Shown: positions 41,137-51,351, counted from the first letter of the stretch. The stretch is 64,000 bases of DNA from Candidatus Omnitrophota bacterium (GCA_016201795.1 JACQCF010000027.1:45454-109453), one strand, 5' to 3'. The notes: generated from the letters alone by a model not told the origin. Numbers and translations are program-made.

Positions 41137-41214
41137 CGGGACGTAGCGCAGTTGGATTAGCGCACTTGAATGGGGTTCAAGAGGCCGTGAGTTCAAATCT
41201 CACCGTCCCGACCA
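41137..41214 (+). tRNA. tRNA-Pro (anticodon GGG), CCA encoded
   Basis: Folded by hand. Acceptor CGGGACG/CGTCCCG, D-stem GCGC/GCGC, anticodon stem CTTGA/TCAAG with loop ATGGGGT (G37), T-arm GTGAG-TTCAAAT-CTCAC, 3' ACCA. A TGtgTATAAT extended -10 lies ~20 nt upstream. Confidence 0.85.
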
Positions 41215-41234
41215 TTCTATCAAAGAGGTTTCCT

Positions 41235-41591
41235 ATGGCCGAATCGTTTAAAAACCGTCGCAAGCATATGCGTATTTACCGTCATTTTATTTTAAGATAT
41301 TATTTTGCATCTGATCCTTCGGCTAAAAAAGAGGTTTCGCAGATTAACAATATTAGCCGGGGGGGAATCAATTTTTCTGCCGCAGCACCTTTAAAGCTGG
41401 GAGAGGCTTTGGAAATAGAATTAAAAACACCTTTTTTAGATGAAAACCTCTGTTTGCAGGGAGTCATTTTGGAATGCCGTGAAAAAATTCCTCAAATTAT
41501 TTACGAGGTGCGTTTGCAATTTAAAGATATTTCCCAACAGGCGAAAGACATATTAGCTAAAGTTGAGCAATATGCCCATAAGGAGGGCTAA
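41235..41591 (+). CDS. PilZ-domain protein (c-di-GMP receptor-like)
   Basis: RKHMR (RxxxR) and NISRGGINF ((D/N)xSxxG) motifs. ATG at 41235. The track ORF start 41166 overlaps the tRNA and is rejected. Confidence 0.65.
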   Translation: MAESFKNRRKHMRIYRHFILRYYFASDPSAKKEVSQINNISRGGINFSAAAPLKLGEALEIELKTPFLDENLCLQGVILECREKIPQIIYEVRLQFKDISQQAKDILAKVEQYAHKEG

Positions 41592-41597
41592 AATTTT

Positions 41598-42893
41598 ATG
41601 GATTGTATCAATATCGGTTTAATCGGTTATGGTGTGATCGGTCAGGGGGTGGTCAAAATCCTCAAGAACCGCCGTAAATATTTTAAGGATAAATATAAGA
41701 AAGATTTTTTTATCAAAACGATCGCCGACCGCAGCATCGCCAAAAAACCTTCGCCGGGATTAGATAATACTTTATTAACCAGTGACATTCACGCGGTTTT
41801 GAATGATGCAGATATCCATGTGGTGGTGGAGCTCATCGGCGGTATGCAGCCAGCCAAGGATATTATGTTATTAGCGGTGCGTTCGGGTAAACATGTGGTG
41901 ACTGCCAATAAAGAACTGCTGGCTACTTGCGGTCAGGAATTATTCCGCGAGGCCAATGCCAACAACCGTATGATTCATTTTGAAAGCGCGGTGGGGGCTG
42001 GTATTCCTATCATCCGCACCATCACCGAAGGGGTTGCCGGTAATAAATTCAACGGTATTTATGGCATTATTAACGGCACCTGCAATTTTATTTTAACCGA
42101 AATGGCCCGTCGCAAGTTAACGTTTCAAGAAGCGCTCAAAGAAGCGCAGGAAAAAGGTTATGCGGAAAGCAATCCAACCCTGGATATCAGCGGTATGGAC
42201 GCGGCGCATAAGCTGGTTATTCTGGTATTTTTAACTCAGGGTAAATTCGTCAGTGTCAAAGATTTTCATGTGGAAGGCATCAACCATATTTCCCATGAAG
42301 ATATTGAATTTGCCAGCGCCCTTGATTTGGAAATTCGCCTGTTGGCCATTGCCAAAAAAATCGGCAATGAACTGGATGTACGCGTGCACCCGACTTTAAT
42401 TCCCAAAGATCATGGATTAGCCACCGTCAATGGTATTGATAATGCAATTTTTTTGGACATGGACCCCATGGGGGATGTGTTTATCGAAGGTCAGGGGGCT
42501 GGGCAGATGACTGCGGCCTCGGGGGTTGTCAGCGATCTGATTAACCTGGGGATTCGCAAAGACGTACAAATGCCCACCTGGATTTATAACCCTACCGAAG
42601 AGCAGGAGAATATCGTGTTGCGTAAAATCGACAAGGTGGAAACTAGGTTTTATATCCGTTTTATGGTCATCGACAAACCCGGCGTTCTCTCGATTATCAC
42701 CGGCGTTTTAGGACAGCATAATATCAGCATTGCCTCGGTGAATCAAAAACAGGAAAATAAAGGCTCCACTGTTCCTGTTGTTATGCTGACTCATGTGGCC
42801 AATGAACGTTCTTTGCGCGAGGCCCTTGAACAAATCACCCATCTGGCGGTGGTGCGCAGCCGTCCCGTGGCCATTCGTATGGAGAAGTTATGA
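41598..42893 (+). CDS. hom: Homoserine dehydrogenase (with C-terminal ACT domain)
   Basis: INIGLIGYGVIGQGV NAD-binding fold, central catalytic domain, ACT-like C-terminus (FYIRFMVIDKPGVLS). Confidence 0.85.
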   Translation: MDCINIGLIGYGVIGQGVVKILKNRRKYFKDKYKKDFFIKTIADRSIAKKPSPGLDNTLLTSDIHAVLNDADIHVVVELIGGMQPAKDIMLLAVRSGKHVVTANKELLATCGQELFREANANNRMIHFESAVGAGIPIIRTITEGVAGNKFNGIYGIINGTCNFILTEMARRKLTFQEALKEAQEKGYAESNPTLDISGMDAAHKLVILVFLTQGKFVSVKDFHVEGINHISHEDIEFASALDLEIRLLAIAKKIGNELDVRVHPTLIPKDHGLATVNGIDNAIFLDMDPMGDVFIEGQGAGQMTAASGVVSDLINLGIRKDVQMPTWIYNPTEEQENIVLRKIDKVETRFYIRFMVIDKPGVLSIITGVLGQHNISIASVNQKQENKGSTVPVVMLTHVANERSLREALEQITHLAVVRSRPVAIRMEKL

Positions 42894-43948
42894 TGCCCTG
42901 GAAAGGTCTTATCAACCATTACCGTGAGTATTTGCCGGTATCTGATAAGACGCCGGTGGTCACACTCTATGAAGGCCATACCCCGCTTGTTCCTGCCGAG
43001 CCTTTGAATAAGATCACGGGTCTGCAAGTTTTTTTAAAATACGAAGGGCTTAATCCGACCGGATCGTTTAAAGACCGCGGCATGACGGTGGCGATTTCCA
43101 GAGCCAAAGAAAAAGGCGCTCGTGTTGTTATGTGCGCTTCCACCGGTAATACGGCGGCTTCCGCTGCGGCCTACGCGGCTTGTGGCGGGCTTAAATGTGT
43201 GGTGCTTATTCCCAACGGCAATATTGCTTTGGGTAAATTAGCCCAGGCCATGATTCACAAGGCGCAGGTGATTGCCATTGACGGTAATTTTGATGATGCT
43301 TTGAATGTAGCCAAAGATATCACCGCCAATTATCCAGTGGAGTTGGTCAATTCCCTTAATCCTTTTCGTATTGAAGGGCAAAAGACCGCGGCGTTTGAAA
43401 TTTGCGATTTTTTAGGAGACGCGCCACAATTTCATGCTATTCCTGTTGGCAATGCCGGCAATATCACCGCCTATTGGAAAGGCTACAAAGAATACAAAGA
43501 AGCCGGCCGCAGTCAGACATTACCGAAAATGCTGGGGTTTCAGGCCGCAGGAGCGGCACCCATTGTGCATAAGCGAGTCATTGCAAAGCCAGAAACTATT
43601 GCCACGGCCATTCGCATCGGCAATCCAGCCAGCTGGAAAACAGCCGAGCAAGCCCGTGATGAATCCCAGGGGCTGATTGATTTAGTCACCGACGAAGAAA
43701 TTTTGCAGGCGTATCATCTTTTGGCTGAAGAGAGCGGTGTTTTCGTGGAGCCTGCTTCAGCTGCTTCGGTCGCCGGAATTATCAAATTGGCCAAGGCTGG
43801 ATATTTTAAAGGACATGCCGAGGGCCGTCTTGTTTGTACACTCACTGGTCATGGCCTTAAAGATCCCCAGACAGCTATGAAAGATTTGCCTAAACCGGTC
43901 GTGGTCAAAGCTGATCGTCAGGCGATTTTGAAGCTCATTGGCATATGA
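42890..43948 (+). CDS. thrC: Threonine synthase
   Basis: PLP site PTGSFKDRGMTVAIS and CASTGNTAAS. Confidence 0.9.
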   Translation: MMPWKGLINHYREYLPVSDKTPVVTLYEGHTPLVPAEPLNKITGLQVFLKYEGLNPTGSFKDRGMTVAISRAKEKGARVVMCASTGNTAASAAAYAACGGLKCVVLIPNGNIALGKLAQAMIHKAQVIAIDGNFDDALNVAKDITANYPVELVNSLNPFRIEGQKTAAFEICDFLGDAPQFHAIPVGNAGNITAYWKGYKEYKEAGRSQTLPKMLGFQAAGAAPIVHKRVIAKPETIATAIRIGNPASWKTAEQARDESQGLIDLVTDEEILQAYHLLAEESGVFVEPASAASVAGIIKLAKAGYFKGHAEGRLVCTLTGHGLKDPQTAMKDLPKPVVVKADRQAILKLIGI

Positions 43949-44592
43949 ACGTATTAATTACTTGTGGACCAACATGGGTGGCTATCGATGATGTGCGCGT
44001 CATTAGTAACCATTCCACCGGCCAAATGGGGCATTTGATGGCCCACCAGTTTGCCGCCAGGGGCGCGCGGGTGACTTTGATTGAAGGCCCTGTGACGCAT
44101 GCTTGGGTTGGGCAATCGGTGAAAGTCATCAAATACCAGTTTTTCGATGAGTTGGTCCAAGTTTTAAAAACAGAATTACGTAAGAAATACGATATGGTGG
44201 TGCACGCGGCCGCTGTTTCGGATTTTAAAGTGGCTAAAATTGTTAAAGGAAAAATCGCCTCAGCAAAATCATTGTCGTTAACGCTCATACCAACTCCAAA
44301 ACTTATTGAGGGTATCAAAAAGATAGCACCGAAAATTTTTTTAGTGGGTTTTAAATTCAAACCTTATCTGAACACGCGTCGTGTGGCTCAAGAAACTCGA
44401 GCGTTATTCGACAAAGCTCATTGTGATTTAGTGGTAGCTAACAGTATCCAAGATGGTTATCGTGGTTTTATTGTAGATAAAGAAGGACATATTTTAGCAA
44501 AGGCGACAAATAAAAAAATATTGGCAAAATCCTTGGTTAAAAATATTGTAGGGGCGCAATTTATTGCGCCCGCCAAAGGGCGTCATAAATGA
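43945..44592 (+). CDS. coaB: Stand-alone phosphopantothenate--cysteine ligase domain (CoaB, DFP C-terminal domain)
   Basis: VLITCGPTWVAIDDVRVISNHSTGQMGHLMAHQFAARGARVTLIEG matches the CoaB Rossmann signature. No CoaC flavoprotein half. ATGA overlap with thrC. Confidence 0.75.
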   Translation: MNVLITCGPTWVAIDDVRVISNHSTGQMGHLMAHQFAARGARVTLIEGPVTHAWVGQSVKVIKYQFFDELVQVLKTELRKKYDMVVHAAAVSDFKVAKIVKGKIASAKSLSLTLIPTPKLIEGIKKIAPKIFLVGFKFKPYLNTRRVAQETRALFDKAHCDLVVANSIQDGYRGFIVDKEGHILAKATNKKILAKSLVKNIVGAQFIAPAKGRHK

Positions 44593-44607
44593 CGCCTGTA
44601 CATTAAA

Positions 44608-45807
44608 ATGAAATATATTATTTTAGTCCCTGATGGTATGGCGGATGAACCCATTGTTGAATTGGGCGGTCAAACGCCTTTGGAAGCCGCGCATACGCCC
44701 AATATGGATTTTTTAGCCCAAAAGGGGTTGTCGGCTTTGGTGCAGACGATTCCTGAAGGCATGGCACCGGGCTCAGATATCGGCAATTTGGCGCTGATGG
44801 GCTATGACCCTAGGGTCAATTTTTCCGGCCGTGCGCCTCTGGAAGCCGCTAATTTAGGCGTCAAACTCGACGATGATGAAGTGGCGTTTCGCTGTAATTT
44901 GATTACGGAAGAAGACGGCATCATGGTCGATTACAGCGCCGGACATATCCCCAGCGATGAAGCCAAACTGCTCATTGAATATTTGGCACGCGCCATCGAT
45001 TGGCCGGATGTACGTTTTTATCCAGGTAAAAGCTATCGCCATTTAATGGTGATGAAGACACTCAACGTTGAGCAAATGCTTAAAGTAAAAACAGTGCCGC
45101 CTCATGATATCCTGAATCAGCCGTTGAAAAATTATTTGCCGGGAGGGCCTCAAAGCACTATTCTTTTAAACTTAATGGAAAAATCTCGGGGAATTTTATC
45201 CGGCCATCAGGTCAATACCGTCAGGCTTGATATGGAAGAAAAGCCGGCTAATATGATTTGGTTATGGGGCCAGGGCAGCCGGCCTCAGTTGCCTTTGTTT
45301 AAAGACCGTTATAGTTTAAGCGGTTGTGTTATCTCCGCTGTGGATTTAGTCAATGGTATCGGCTGTCTGGTCGGCTTTGAGGTGATTAGCGTCCCCGGGG
45401 CCAACGGTTATTATGATACCAATTATAAAGGTAAAGCCGAATATGCACTGGAGTCTTTAAAGAAACACGATTTTGTTTACGTGCATGTGGAAAGCCCCGA
45501 TGAGGCCGGGCATAACGGTGATTGTAAGGCAAAAGTGGAATGCATCGAACGTTTTGATAAATTTGTCGTCGGTACTGTCAGAACATATCTTAAAAGTCAT
45601 CCTCAGGTTCGCCTGCTGGTGGCTCCTGATCATCCCACCCCGATTGTCAGGCGCACGCATACCTCAAGTCCTGTGCCGTTTGTGATGGTCGGGCCGGGTA
45701 TTGAGCCCAATGGGACGAAAGCCTATTCTGAAAAAGCAGCAGACCAAAAGGGCTTAAAGTTTCATAGCGGTGAGGAAATGATGAGGTATTTTTTAAAAGC
45801 ATCGTAA
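44608..45807 (+). CDS. ApgM-type cofactor-independent phosphoglycerate-mutase-family protein, the 'proposed homoserine kinase' in thr operons
   Basis: MKYIILVPDGMADEP...TPLEAAHTPNMD is the metalloenzyme N-terminus. ~400 aa. A separate bona fide gpmI exists at 20650. Embedded between thrC/coaB and lysC. Confidence 0.7.
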   Translation: MKYIILVPDGMADEPIVELGGQTPLEAAHTPNMDFLAQKGLSALVQTIPEGMAPGSDIGNLALMGYDPRVNFSGRAPLEAANLGVKLDDDEVAFRCNLITEEDGIMVDYSAGHIPSDEAKLLIEYLARAIDWPDVRFYPGKSYRHLMVMKTLNVEQMLKVKTVPPHDILNQPLKNYLPGGPQSTILLNLMEKSRGILSGHQVNTVRLDMEEKPANMIWLWGQGSRPQLPLFKDRYSLSGCVISAVDLVNGIGCLVGFEVISVPGANGYYDTNYKGKAEYALESLKKHDFVYVHVESPDEAGHNGDCKAKVECIERFDKFVVGTVRTYLKSHPQVRLLVAPDHPTPIVRRTHTSSPVPFVMVGPGIEPNGTKAYSEKAADQKGLKFHSGEEMMRYFLKAS

Positions 45808-45847
45808 GGACTGGGTGACCTAGCCCTTACAGTAGAGGATTGTTATC

Positions 45848-47071
45848 ATGGAAAAAGAAGTCATTGTTCAGAAATTCGGCGGCTCTTCCGTGGCCAATAT
45901 TGAAAGAATGAAAAATGTTGCCCGAAGGGTGGTGGTTTATAAAAATAAACATACCGATGTGGTGGTGGTGGTTTCCGCGTTAGGGGACACGACCGATGAA
46001 TTGGAATCCATGGCGCTTCAATTGAACGCCGATCCGCCGGATCGGGAAATGGATATGCTTTTATCCACCGGCGAGCAGATTTCCTGCGCGCTTCTGGCCA
46101 TTGCCATCAAGGAATTAGGATATGAGGCGATTTCTTTTACCGGACGGCAGGTGGGAATTAAAACGGATAAAATACATACCAAAGCGCGTATTATGACTAT
46201 CGATGGTAAGCGTATTAACAAAGCGTTTAAGGATGATAAAATCGTTATTGTGGCCGGTTATCAGGGGGTGACCTCCAACGATGATATCACCACCTTAGGC
46301 CGGGGAGGGTCGGATTTGACGGCGGTGGCTTTAGCCAAAGCCCTGAGGGCCAAAGTTTGCGAGATTTATACCGACGTGGATGGTATTTACACGGCGGATC
46401 CGCGCATTGTCAAAGAAGCGCGCAAGATCAAAAATATCACTTTTGATGAAATGCTGGAAATGGCTTCCCTGGGAGCCCAGGTGATCCAGGCGCGCTCCAT
46501 TGAGGTGGCCAAACGTTTTAATATTCCTTTACATGTGCGTTCAAGTTTTTCAAAGGAGGAAGGGACCATGGTCGTCAAAGAAACCGAAAAAATGGAAAGT
46601 ATCGCCGTCAGGGGTGTGACGTGCAATAAAAATGAAGCCAAAATCACCATTTGCAGTGTTCCCGACAAACCGGGTATTGCGGCCAAAATTTTCGGGGAGA
46701 TTTCCAAACAAGGCATCAACGTGGATACGATTGTGCAGAATGTGCCGCATGACAGGCTTTCCGACATTTCTTTTACGGTGCCTAAAGTGGATTTGAATAA
46801 AGCCATCAAAGCCACCCAAACCATCGGCAACAAAATCGGCGCTGGTGAAGTGTTGGAAGACCGTAACATTGCCCGGGTATCTTTGGTGGGAAGCGGCATG
46901 CGTTCCCACAGCGGTATTGCGGCCAAAATGTTTAAAACTTTGGCGGATGAGAAGATTAACATCGGCATGATTTCCACCTCGGAAATCAGCGTTTCGTGTA
47001 TCATTGGGCAGGACTTGGCGGATAAAGCCGTTAAGGCCTTGCATAAGACATTTAAATTAGAAACCATTTAA
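45848..47071 (+). CDS. lysC: Aspartate kinase (with tandem ACT domains)
   Basis: [23 protein letters not shown] and [13 protein letters not shown] motifs. Two C-terminal ACT repeats. Confidence 0.9.
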   Translation: MEKEVIVQKFGGSSVANIERMKNVARRVVVYKNKHTDVVVVVSALGDTTDELESMALQLNADPPDREMDMLLSTGEQISCALLAIAIKELGYEAISFTGRQVGIKTDKIHTKARIMTIDGKRINKAFKDDKIVIVAGYQGVTSNDDITTLGRGGSDLTAVALAKALRAKVCEIYTDVDGIYTADPRIVKEARKIKNITFDEMLEMASLGAQVIQARSIEVAKRFNIPLHVRSSFSKEEGTMVVKETEKMESIAVRGVTCNKNEAKITICSVPDKPGIAAKIFGEISKQGINVDTIVQNVPHDRLSDISFTVPKVDLNKAIKATQTIGNKIGAGEVLEDRNIARVSLVGSGMRSHSGIAAKMFKTLADEKINIGMISTSEISVSCIIGQDLADKAVKALHKTFKLETI

Positions 47072-47080
47072 GGGTATTTT

Positions 47081-48646
47081 ATGTCCAGGATTATCATCTA
47101 CGACACCACCTTGCGGGATGGCTCACAAACCGAAGGGGTCTCTTATACCGTGGCCGATAAGCTGAAAATCACCGACAAGCTTGATGAATTAGGGGTGCAT
47201 TACATTGAAGGCGGCTGGCCGGGCTCTAATCCTAAAGACAAAGAATATTTTGAGCGGATGAAATCCCATAAGCTTAAAAATGCGAAGCTGGTGGCTTTTG
47301 GTTCCACCCGTCGTTCAGGTATCAAACCCAAGCAAGATACTAATCTTAATGAGCTCATCGCTTCTCAAACACCGACGGTGACGATTTTCGGCAAAAGCTG
47401 GGATTTGCATGTGAAGGACGTTATTAAAACAACGCTGGATGAAAATCTCAGGATGATTGAAGAGTCCGTGGCTTTTTTAAAAAAACACAAGCGCGAAGTA
47501 TTCTACGATGCCGAGCATTTCTTCGACGGGTATAAACGCAATCCCCGATACGCTTTAAAAACGATTCTCGCGGCGCAAAAGGCAAGAGCGGATTGTATTG
47601 TTTTATGTGATACCAACGGCGGTGCTTTGCCCGAAGAAGTCACTAAAATCGTCAAAGAAGTTAAAAAGAAAATTAAAACATCTTTAGGCATTCATACGCA
47701 CAATGATCAGGATTTAGCGGTAGCCAATTCCTTGGCTGCTATTCATGCCGGTTGTACGCAGGTGCAGGGTACTTTCAACGGCTTAGGTGAGAGATGCGGT
47801 AATGCGGACTTGTGCACCATCATGGCGATTTTGCATACCAAGATGAATAAGAAGTCCATTACACCAAATAAGATCAAATATCTGATGGACGCGTCTTATT
47901 ATATCAGTGAAGTCAGCAATTATACGCTTTCGAACAATCATCCCTTTGTGGGCCATTCGGCGTTTGCGCATAAGGGTGGGGTGCATATTGACGCGATGCT
48001 CAAAAATCCTATGGCTTATGAACATGTCGATCCCGAGGTGGTGGGTAATCACCGTCGACTGTTGACCTCAGAATTAGCCGGCAAAATGCCCATTGTGCTC
48101 AAAGCCCAGAAGATGAATATTGCTCTGGATAAAAATTCGCCCCAGGCCAAAGAAATTATGAAAGAACTGCAGGATAAAGAGTATAGGGGCTATCAATTCG
48201 AGGGCGCGGACGCCTCTTTTGAATTGTTCATGAAACGCCGTTTGAAATTGTATCAGCCGTTTTTTTATTTAGATGGTTTCAAGGTTTATACGGAAAAGAA
48301 GCTCGACGGCAGCGTGAGCGCAGGGGCGACCGTGCGCTTGAGAGTTGACGGCCATGATGAAATGGCCACCATCGAGGGCCATGGCCCGGTGGAAGTTTTG
48401 GATAAAGCCTTGCGCAGTGCTTTGTGCAAATTTTATCCGAATTTGGAACACATGCATTTGTCGGATTATAAGGTGCGGGTGCTTGATACTAAAGACGGCA
48501 CCGCTGCACGCGTGCGCGTTCTTATTGAGTCGCAGGATGAAGGCGATTCCTGGACGACGGTGGGCGTGCATGAAAACATCATCGAAGCTAGCTGGGAAGC
48601 ACTGGTGGATGGCATTGAATACAAATTATTGAAAGATAAAAAATAA
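47081..48646 (+). CDS. cimA: (R)-citramalate synthase / 2-isopropylmalate synthase family enzyme (CimA-like)
   Basis: IYDTTLRDGSQTEGV, HTHNDQDLAVANSLAAIHAG and C-terminal LeuA-dimer regulatory domain. 521 aa. Confidence 0.7.
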   Translation: MSRIIIYDTTLRDGSQTEGVSYTVADKLKITDKLDELGVHYIEGGWPGSNPKDKEYFERMKSHKLKNAKLVAFGSTRRSGIKPKQDTNLNELIASQTPTVTIFGKSWDLHVKDVIKTTLDENLRMIEESVAFLKKHKREVFYDAEHFFDGYKRNPRYALKTILAAQKARADCIVLCDTNGGALPEEVTKIVKEVKKKIKTSLGIHTHNDQDLAVANSLAAIHAGCTQVQGTFNGLGERCGNADLCTIMAILHTKMNKKSITPNKIKYLMDASYYISEVSNYTLSNNHPFVGHSAFAHKGGVHIDAMLKNPMAYEHVDPEVVGNHRRLLTSELAGKMPIVLKAQKMNIALDKNSPQAKEIMKELQDKEYRGYQFEGADASFELFMKRRLKLYQPFFYLDGFKVYTEKKLDGSVSAGATVRLRVDGHDEMATIEGHGPVEVLDKALRSALCKFYPNLEHMHLSDYKVRVLDTKDGTAARVRVLIESQDEGDSWTTVGVHENIIEASWEALVDGIEYKLLKDKK

Positions 48647-48648
48647 AG

Positions 48649-48676
48649 TAGGGGCGGGGTGACCCTGCCCGTACAC
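48649..48676. repeat. Hairpin element copy 2: GTAG-GGGCGGGG-TGA-CCCTGCCC-GTACA
   Basis: 8-bp stem (one G-U) 3 nt after the cimA stop. Same flanks (GTAG...GTACA) and stem ends as the copy at 20609. Confidence 0.4.
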
Positions 48677-48681
48677 CTATC

Positions 48682-51351
48682 ATGATCGATTTATCCGCCC
48701 GCTACAATCCCCAAGAAACCGAAGATAAATGGCTTAAGGTTTGGAAAGCAAGCAATGTTTTTCACGCTGCTGCCAATGTCAAAAAAAAGCCGTTTACCAT
48801 CGTTATCCCTCCGCCTAATATCACCGGTATTTTGCACATGGGCCATGCGCTCAATAATATTTTGCAGGATATCTTAATCCGTTATAAACGTATGAAAGGT
48901 TTTGAGACTTTGTGGATGCCGGGTACGGATCACGCGGGGATTGCTACCCAAAATGTCATTGAGAAAGAATTGGCCAAAGAGGGCAAGAAGCGTCAGGATT
49001 TGGGCCGTGAAGAATTTTTAAAACGCCTCTGGGCCTGGAGACAGGAATACGGGGACACCATTATCCATCAATTGGAAAAATTAGGTTCTTCTTGCGATTG
49101 GTCGCGTACGCGTTTTACCATGGATGAGAATTACAGCCAGGCGGTCAAAGAAGTTTTTGTGCGGCTCTATGAGAAAGGTTTGATCTATCGGGGAGAACGT
49201 ATTATCAACTGGTGTCCGCGTTGTCAAACCGCGCTTTCCGATGAAGAAGCCGAGCATCAGGAAAAAAACGGTAAACTTTATCATATCCGTTATCCGTTCA
49301 AAAATAATCCCAAAGAAGGGGTGATTGTCGCTACCACTCGTCCAGAGACCATGTTAGGGGATACGGCAGTGGCGGTTAATCCCAAAGACTCCCGTTATAT
49401 CAAGCTCATCGGACGAATCCTGGTTCTGCCTTTAGTTGGTCGGGAAATTAAAATTATCGCCGATGATTTTGTTTCTGCGGAATTCGGCACCGGAGCAGTG
49501 AAGGTGACCCCTGCGCATGATCCCAATGATTTTGTTATAGGCCAGCGTCATAAACTGGAAATGATTAACATCATGCATCCGGACGGACGGCTGAATGAAC
49601 AGGCGGGTAAATTTAATGGTTTGGATCGTTTCGAAGGACGCAAACGGGTGATAGCAGCCCTAGATATGGAAGGTTATTTAGTCAAGACCGAAGACCACAA
49701 GCACGCCGTGGGCCATTGTTATCGCTGTGACACGATGGTGGAGCCGTATTTGTCCAAGCAGTGGTTTGTAAAAATGAGCCCCTTGGCTAAACCCGCGCTC
49801 AAGGCTGTCAAAAACGGTACCATTAAAATTTATCCTGAACACTGGCAGAAGGTTTACACCAATTGGATGGAGGATATCCGCGACTGGTGCATTTCCCGTC
49901 AGATTTGGTGGGGCCATCGGATTCCTGTCTGGTATTGTGTGGGAGATGAAGCGTGCCAGTTAAAATGTAAGGAACCTATTGTCAGTAAGACGACACCAGA
50001 ACAATGTCCTCATTGCGGTTCTAAGAATTTACGGCAAGACGAAGATGTACTCGACACTTGGTTTTCCTCGTGGCTGTGGCCTTTTGTTACCCTTGGCTGG
50101 CCTAAGGATAATGCGGATTTGAAATATTTTTATCCCACTCATACTTTATTGACCGCCTCGGAAATTATTTTTTTCTGGGTGGCGCGCATGATTATGGCCG
50201 GTTATGAATTTATGGGCCAGCCGCCGTTTAGCGAAGTATTCATTCACGGTACGGTGCGCGATTCACGCGGCCGTAAAATGTCCAAGTCACTGGGCAATGC
50301 TATTGATCCGCTGGAGATTATTGACCAATACGGGGCAGATGCGCTGCGCTTCAGTCTGATTATCAATTCCGGCCAGGATATTTTTATATCCAAAGAGAAA
50401 TTTGAAATCGGCCGTAATTTTGCCAATAAAATTTGGAATGCCGCACGTCTGATTTTTACCAACTGTGGGCCAGCGCTTGAAGCAGGAGACTATGAAACCT
50501 TAGACGTGAAGGCTTTGGATTTGCCCTCGCGCTGGATCATCAGCCGTTTTTATGAAACATTGGATAAAACATCCAAGGCTATTGAGACATTTCGCTATTC
50601 CGAGGCTGAAAATCTGGTGCAGGATTTCTTTTGGGGTAGTTTTTGTGATTGGTATTTGGAGTTCATCAAGGGTAAATTCACCGATATTCATGTTCAAAAA
50701 ACCGCTTTGTTTATCTTAAAAAATTCTTTGAAACTCCTGCATCCATTTGTGCCTTTTGTCACGGAAGAAATTTACAGCAAGATGAATACTAAAGATAGCT
50801 GTTTATCTGTTGTCTCATGGCCGTCTTTGCCCTGGCCTGTCAGCCAGGACAGGCAAAAGAGTTTGATTGATACAGATGCCTTTGAGCAAATGCAAACGGT
50901 CATTGACGTGATCTGGGCGATTCGCAATATCCGCACCCAGTGGAATGTAAAGCCCCAGGATAGTGTGGACGTTGTGCTTGTGCCAGTCAATCGCCAGCAG
51001 GAGCAATTACTGGAGAAAAACCAGGGGGACATCCAAAGACTGGGCAAGGTCAAGACTTTAACTATTGATTCCAAAGTCCAAACGGTCAAGGATGCCGCCA
51101 GTGTGGTAGTTAATGCTTTAAAAGTGTTTATTCCGCTGGGTGTCTTGGTGGATTTAGCTGCCGAGAAAAAGCGCATGAGCCAGGAGGTAGCCCGGAAGCA
51201 AAAGACCATGGAAGGACTACAAACCCGCTTAAATAACCCCGTCTTTGTGGATAAGGCCCCCCGAGATGTCATTTCCAAGGAAAAAGATCGCCTTAGCGCC
51301 CTTGGAAAAGACGTCAAAGAGCTTCAAACGGTTCTAGCCAATCTAAGTTAA
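48682..51351 (+). CDS. valS: Valine--tRNA ligase
   Basis: PPPNITGILHMGHAL HIGH region, KMSKSLGN, C-terminal coiled-coil. 889 aa. Confidence 0.9.
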   Translation: MIDLSARYNPQETEDKWLKVWKASNVFHAAANVKKKPFTIVIPPPNITGILHMGHALNNILQDILIRYKRMKGFETLWMPGTDHAGIATQNVIEKELAKEGKKRQDLGREEFLKRLWAWRQEYGDTIIHQLEKLGSSCDWSRTRFTMDENYSQAVKEVFVRLYEKGLIYRGERIINWCPRCQTALSDEEAEHQEKNGKLYHIRYPFKNNPKEGVIVATTRPETMLGDTAVAVNPKDSRYIKLIGRILVLPLVGREIKIIADDFVSAEFGTGAVKVTPAHDPNDFVIGQRHKLEMINIMHPDGRLNEQAGKFNGLDRFEGRKRVIAALDMEGYLVKTEDHKHAVGHCYRCDTMVEPYLSKQWFVKMSPLAKPALKAVKNGTIKIYPEHWQKVYTNWMEDIRDWCISRQIWWGHRIPVWYCVGDEACQLKCKEPIVSKTTPEQCPHCGSKNLRQDEDVLDTWFSSWLWPFVTLGWPKDNADLKYFYPTHTLLTASEIIFFWVARMIMAGYEFMGQPPFSEVFIHGTVRDSRGRKMSKSLGNAIDPLEIIDQYGADALRFSLIINSGQDIFISKEKFEIGRNFANKIWNAARLIFTNCGPALEAGDYETLDVKALDLPSRWIISRFYETLDKTSKAIETFRYSEAENLVQDFFWGSFCDWYLEFIKGKFTDIHVQKTALFILKNSLKLLHPFVPFVTEEIYSKMNTKDSCLSVVSWPSLPWPVSQDRQKSLIDTDAFEQMQTVIDVIWAIRNIRTQWNVKPQDSVDVVLVPVNRQQEQLLEKNQGDIQRLGKVKTLTIDSKVQTVKDAASVVVNALKVFIPLGVLVDLAAEKKRMSQEVARKQKTMEGLQTRLNNPVFVDKAPRDVISKEKDRLSALGKDVKELQTVLANLS

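Noticed and set aside
41166-41234. 5' extension of the PilZ ORF starting at 41166
   Set aside because: It overlaps the hand-folded tRNA-Pro (41137-41214). The ATG at 41235 gives a sensible PilZ N-terminus.
44608-45807. Second phosphoglycerate mutase taken as a simple glycolytic duplicate
   Set aside because: A full-length bacterial-type iPGM (gpmI) is already at 20650. This one is the shorter ApgM-type and sits inside the hom-thrC-lysC operon where a thrB would be expected.
46387-47067. Long antisense ORFs (226 aa and 164 aa) inside lysC, and similar shadows inside valS, cimA and the Mo-enzyme large subunit
   Set aside because: They lie opposite strongly supported genes, have no recognisable motifs and no RBS. 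They are typical shadow ORFs of GC-biased codon positions.
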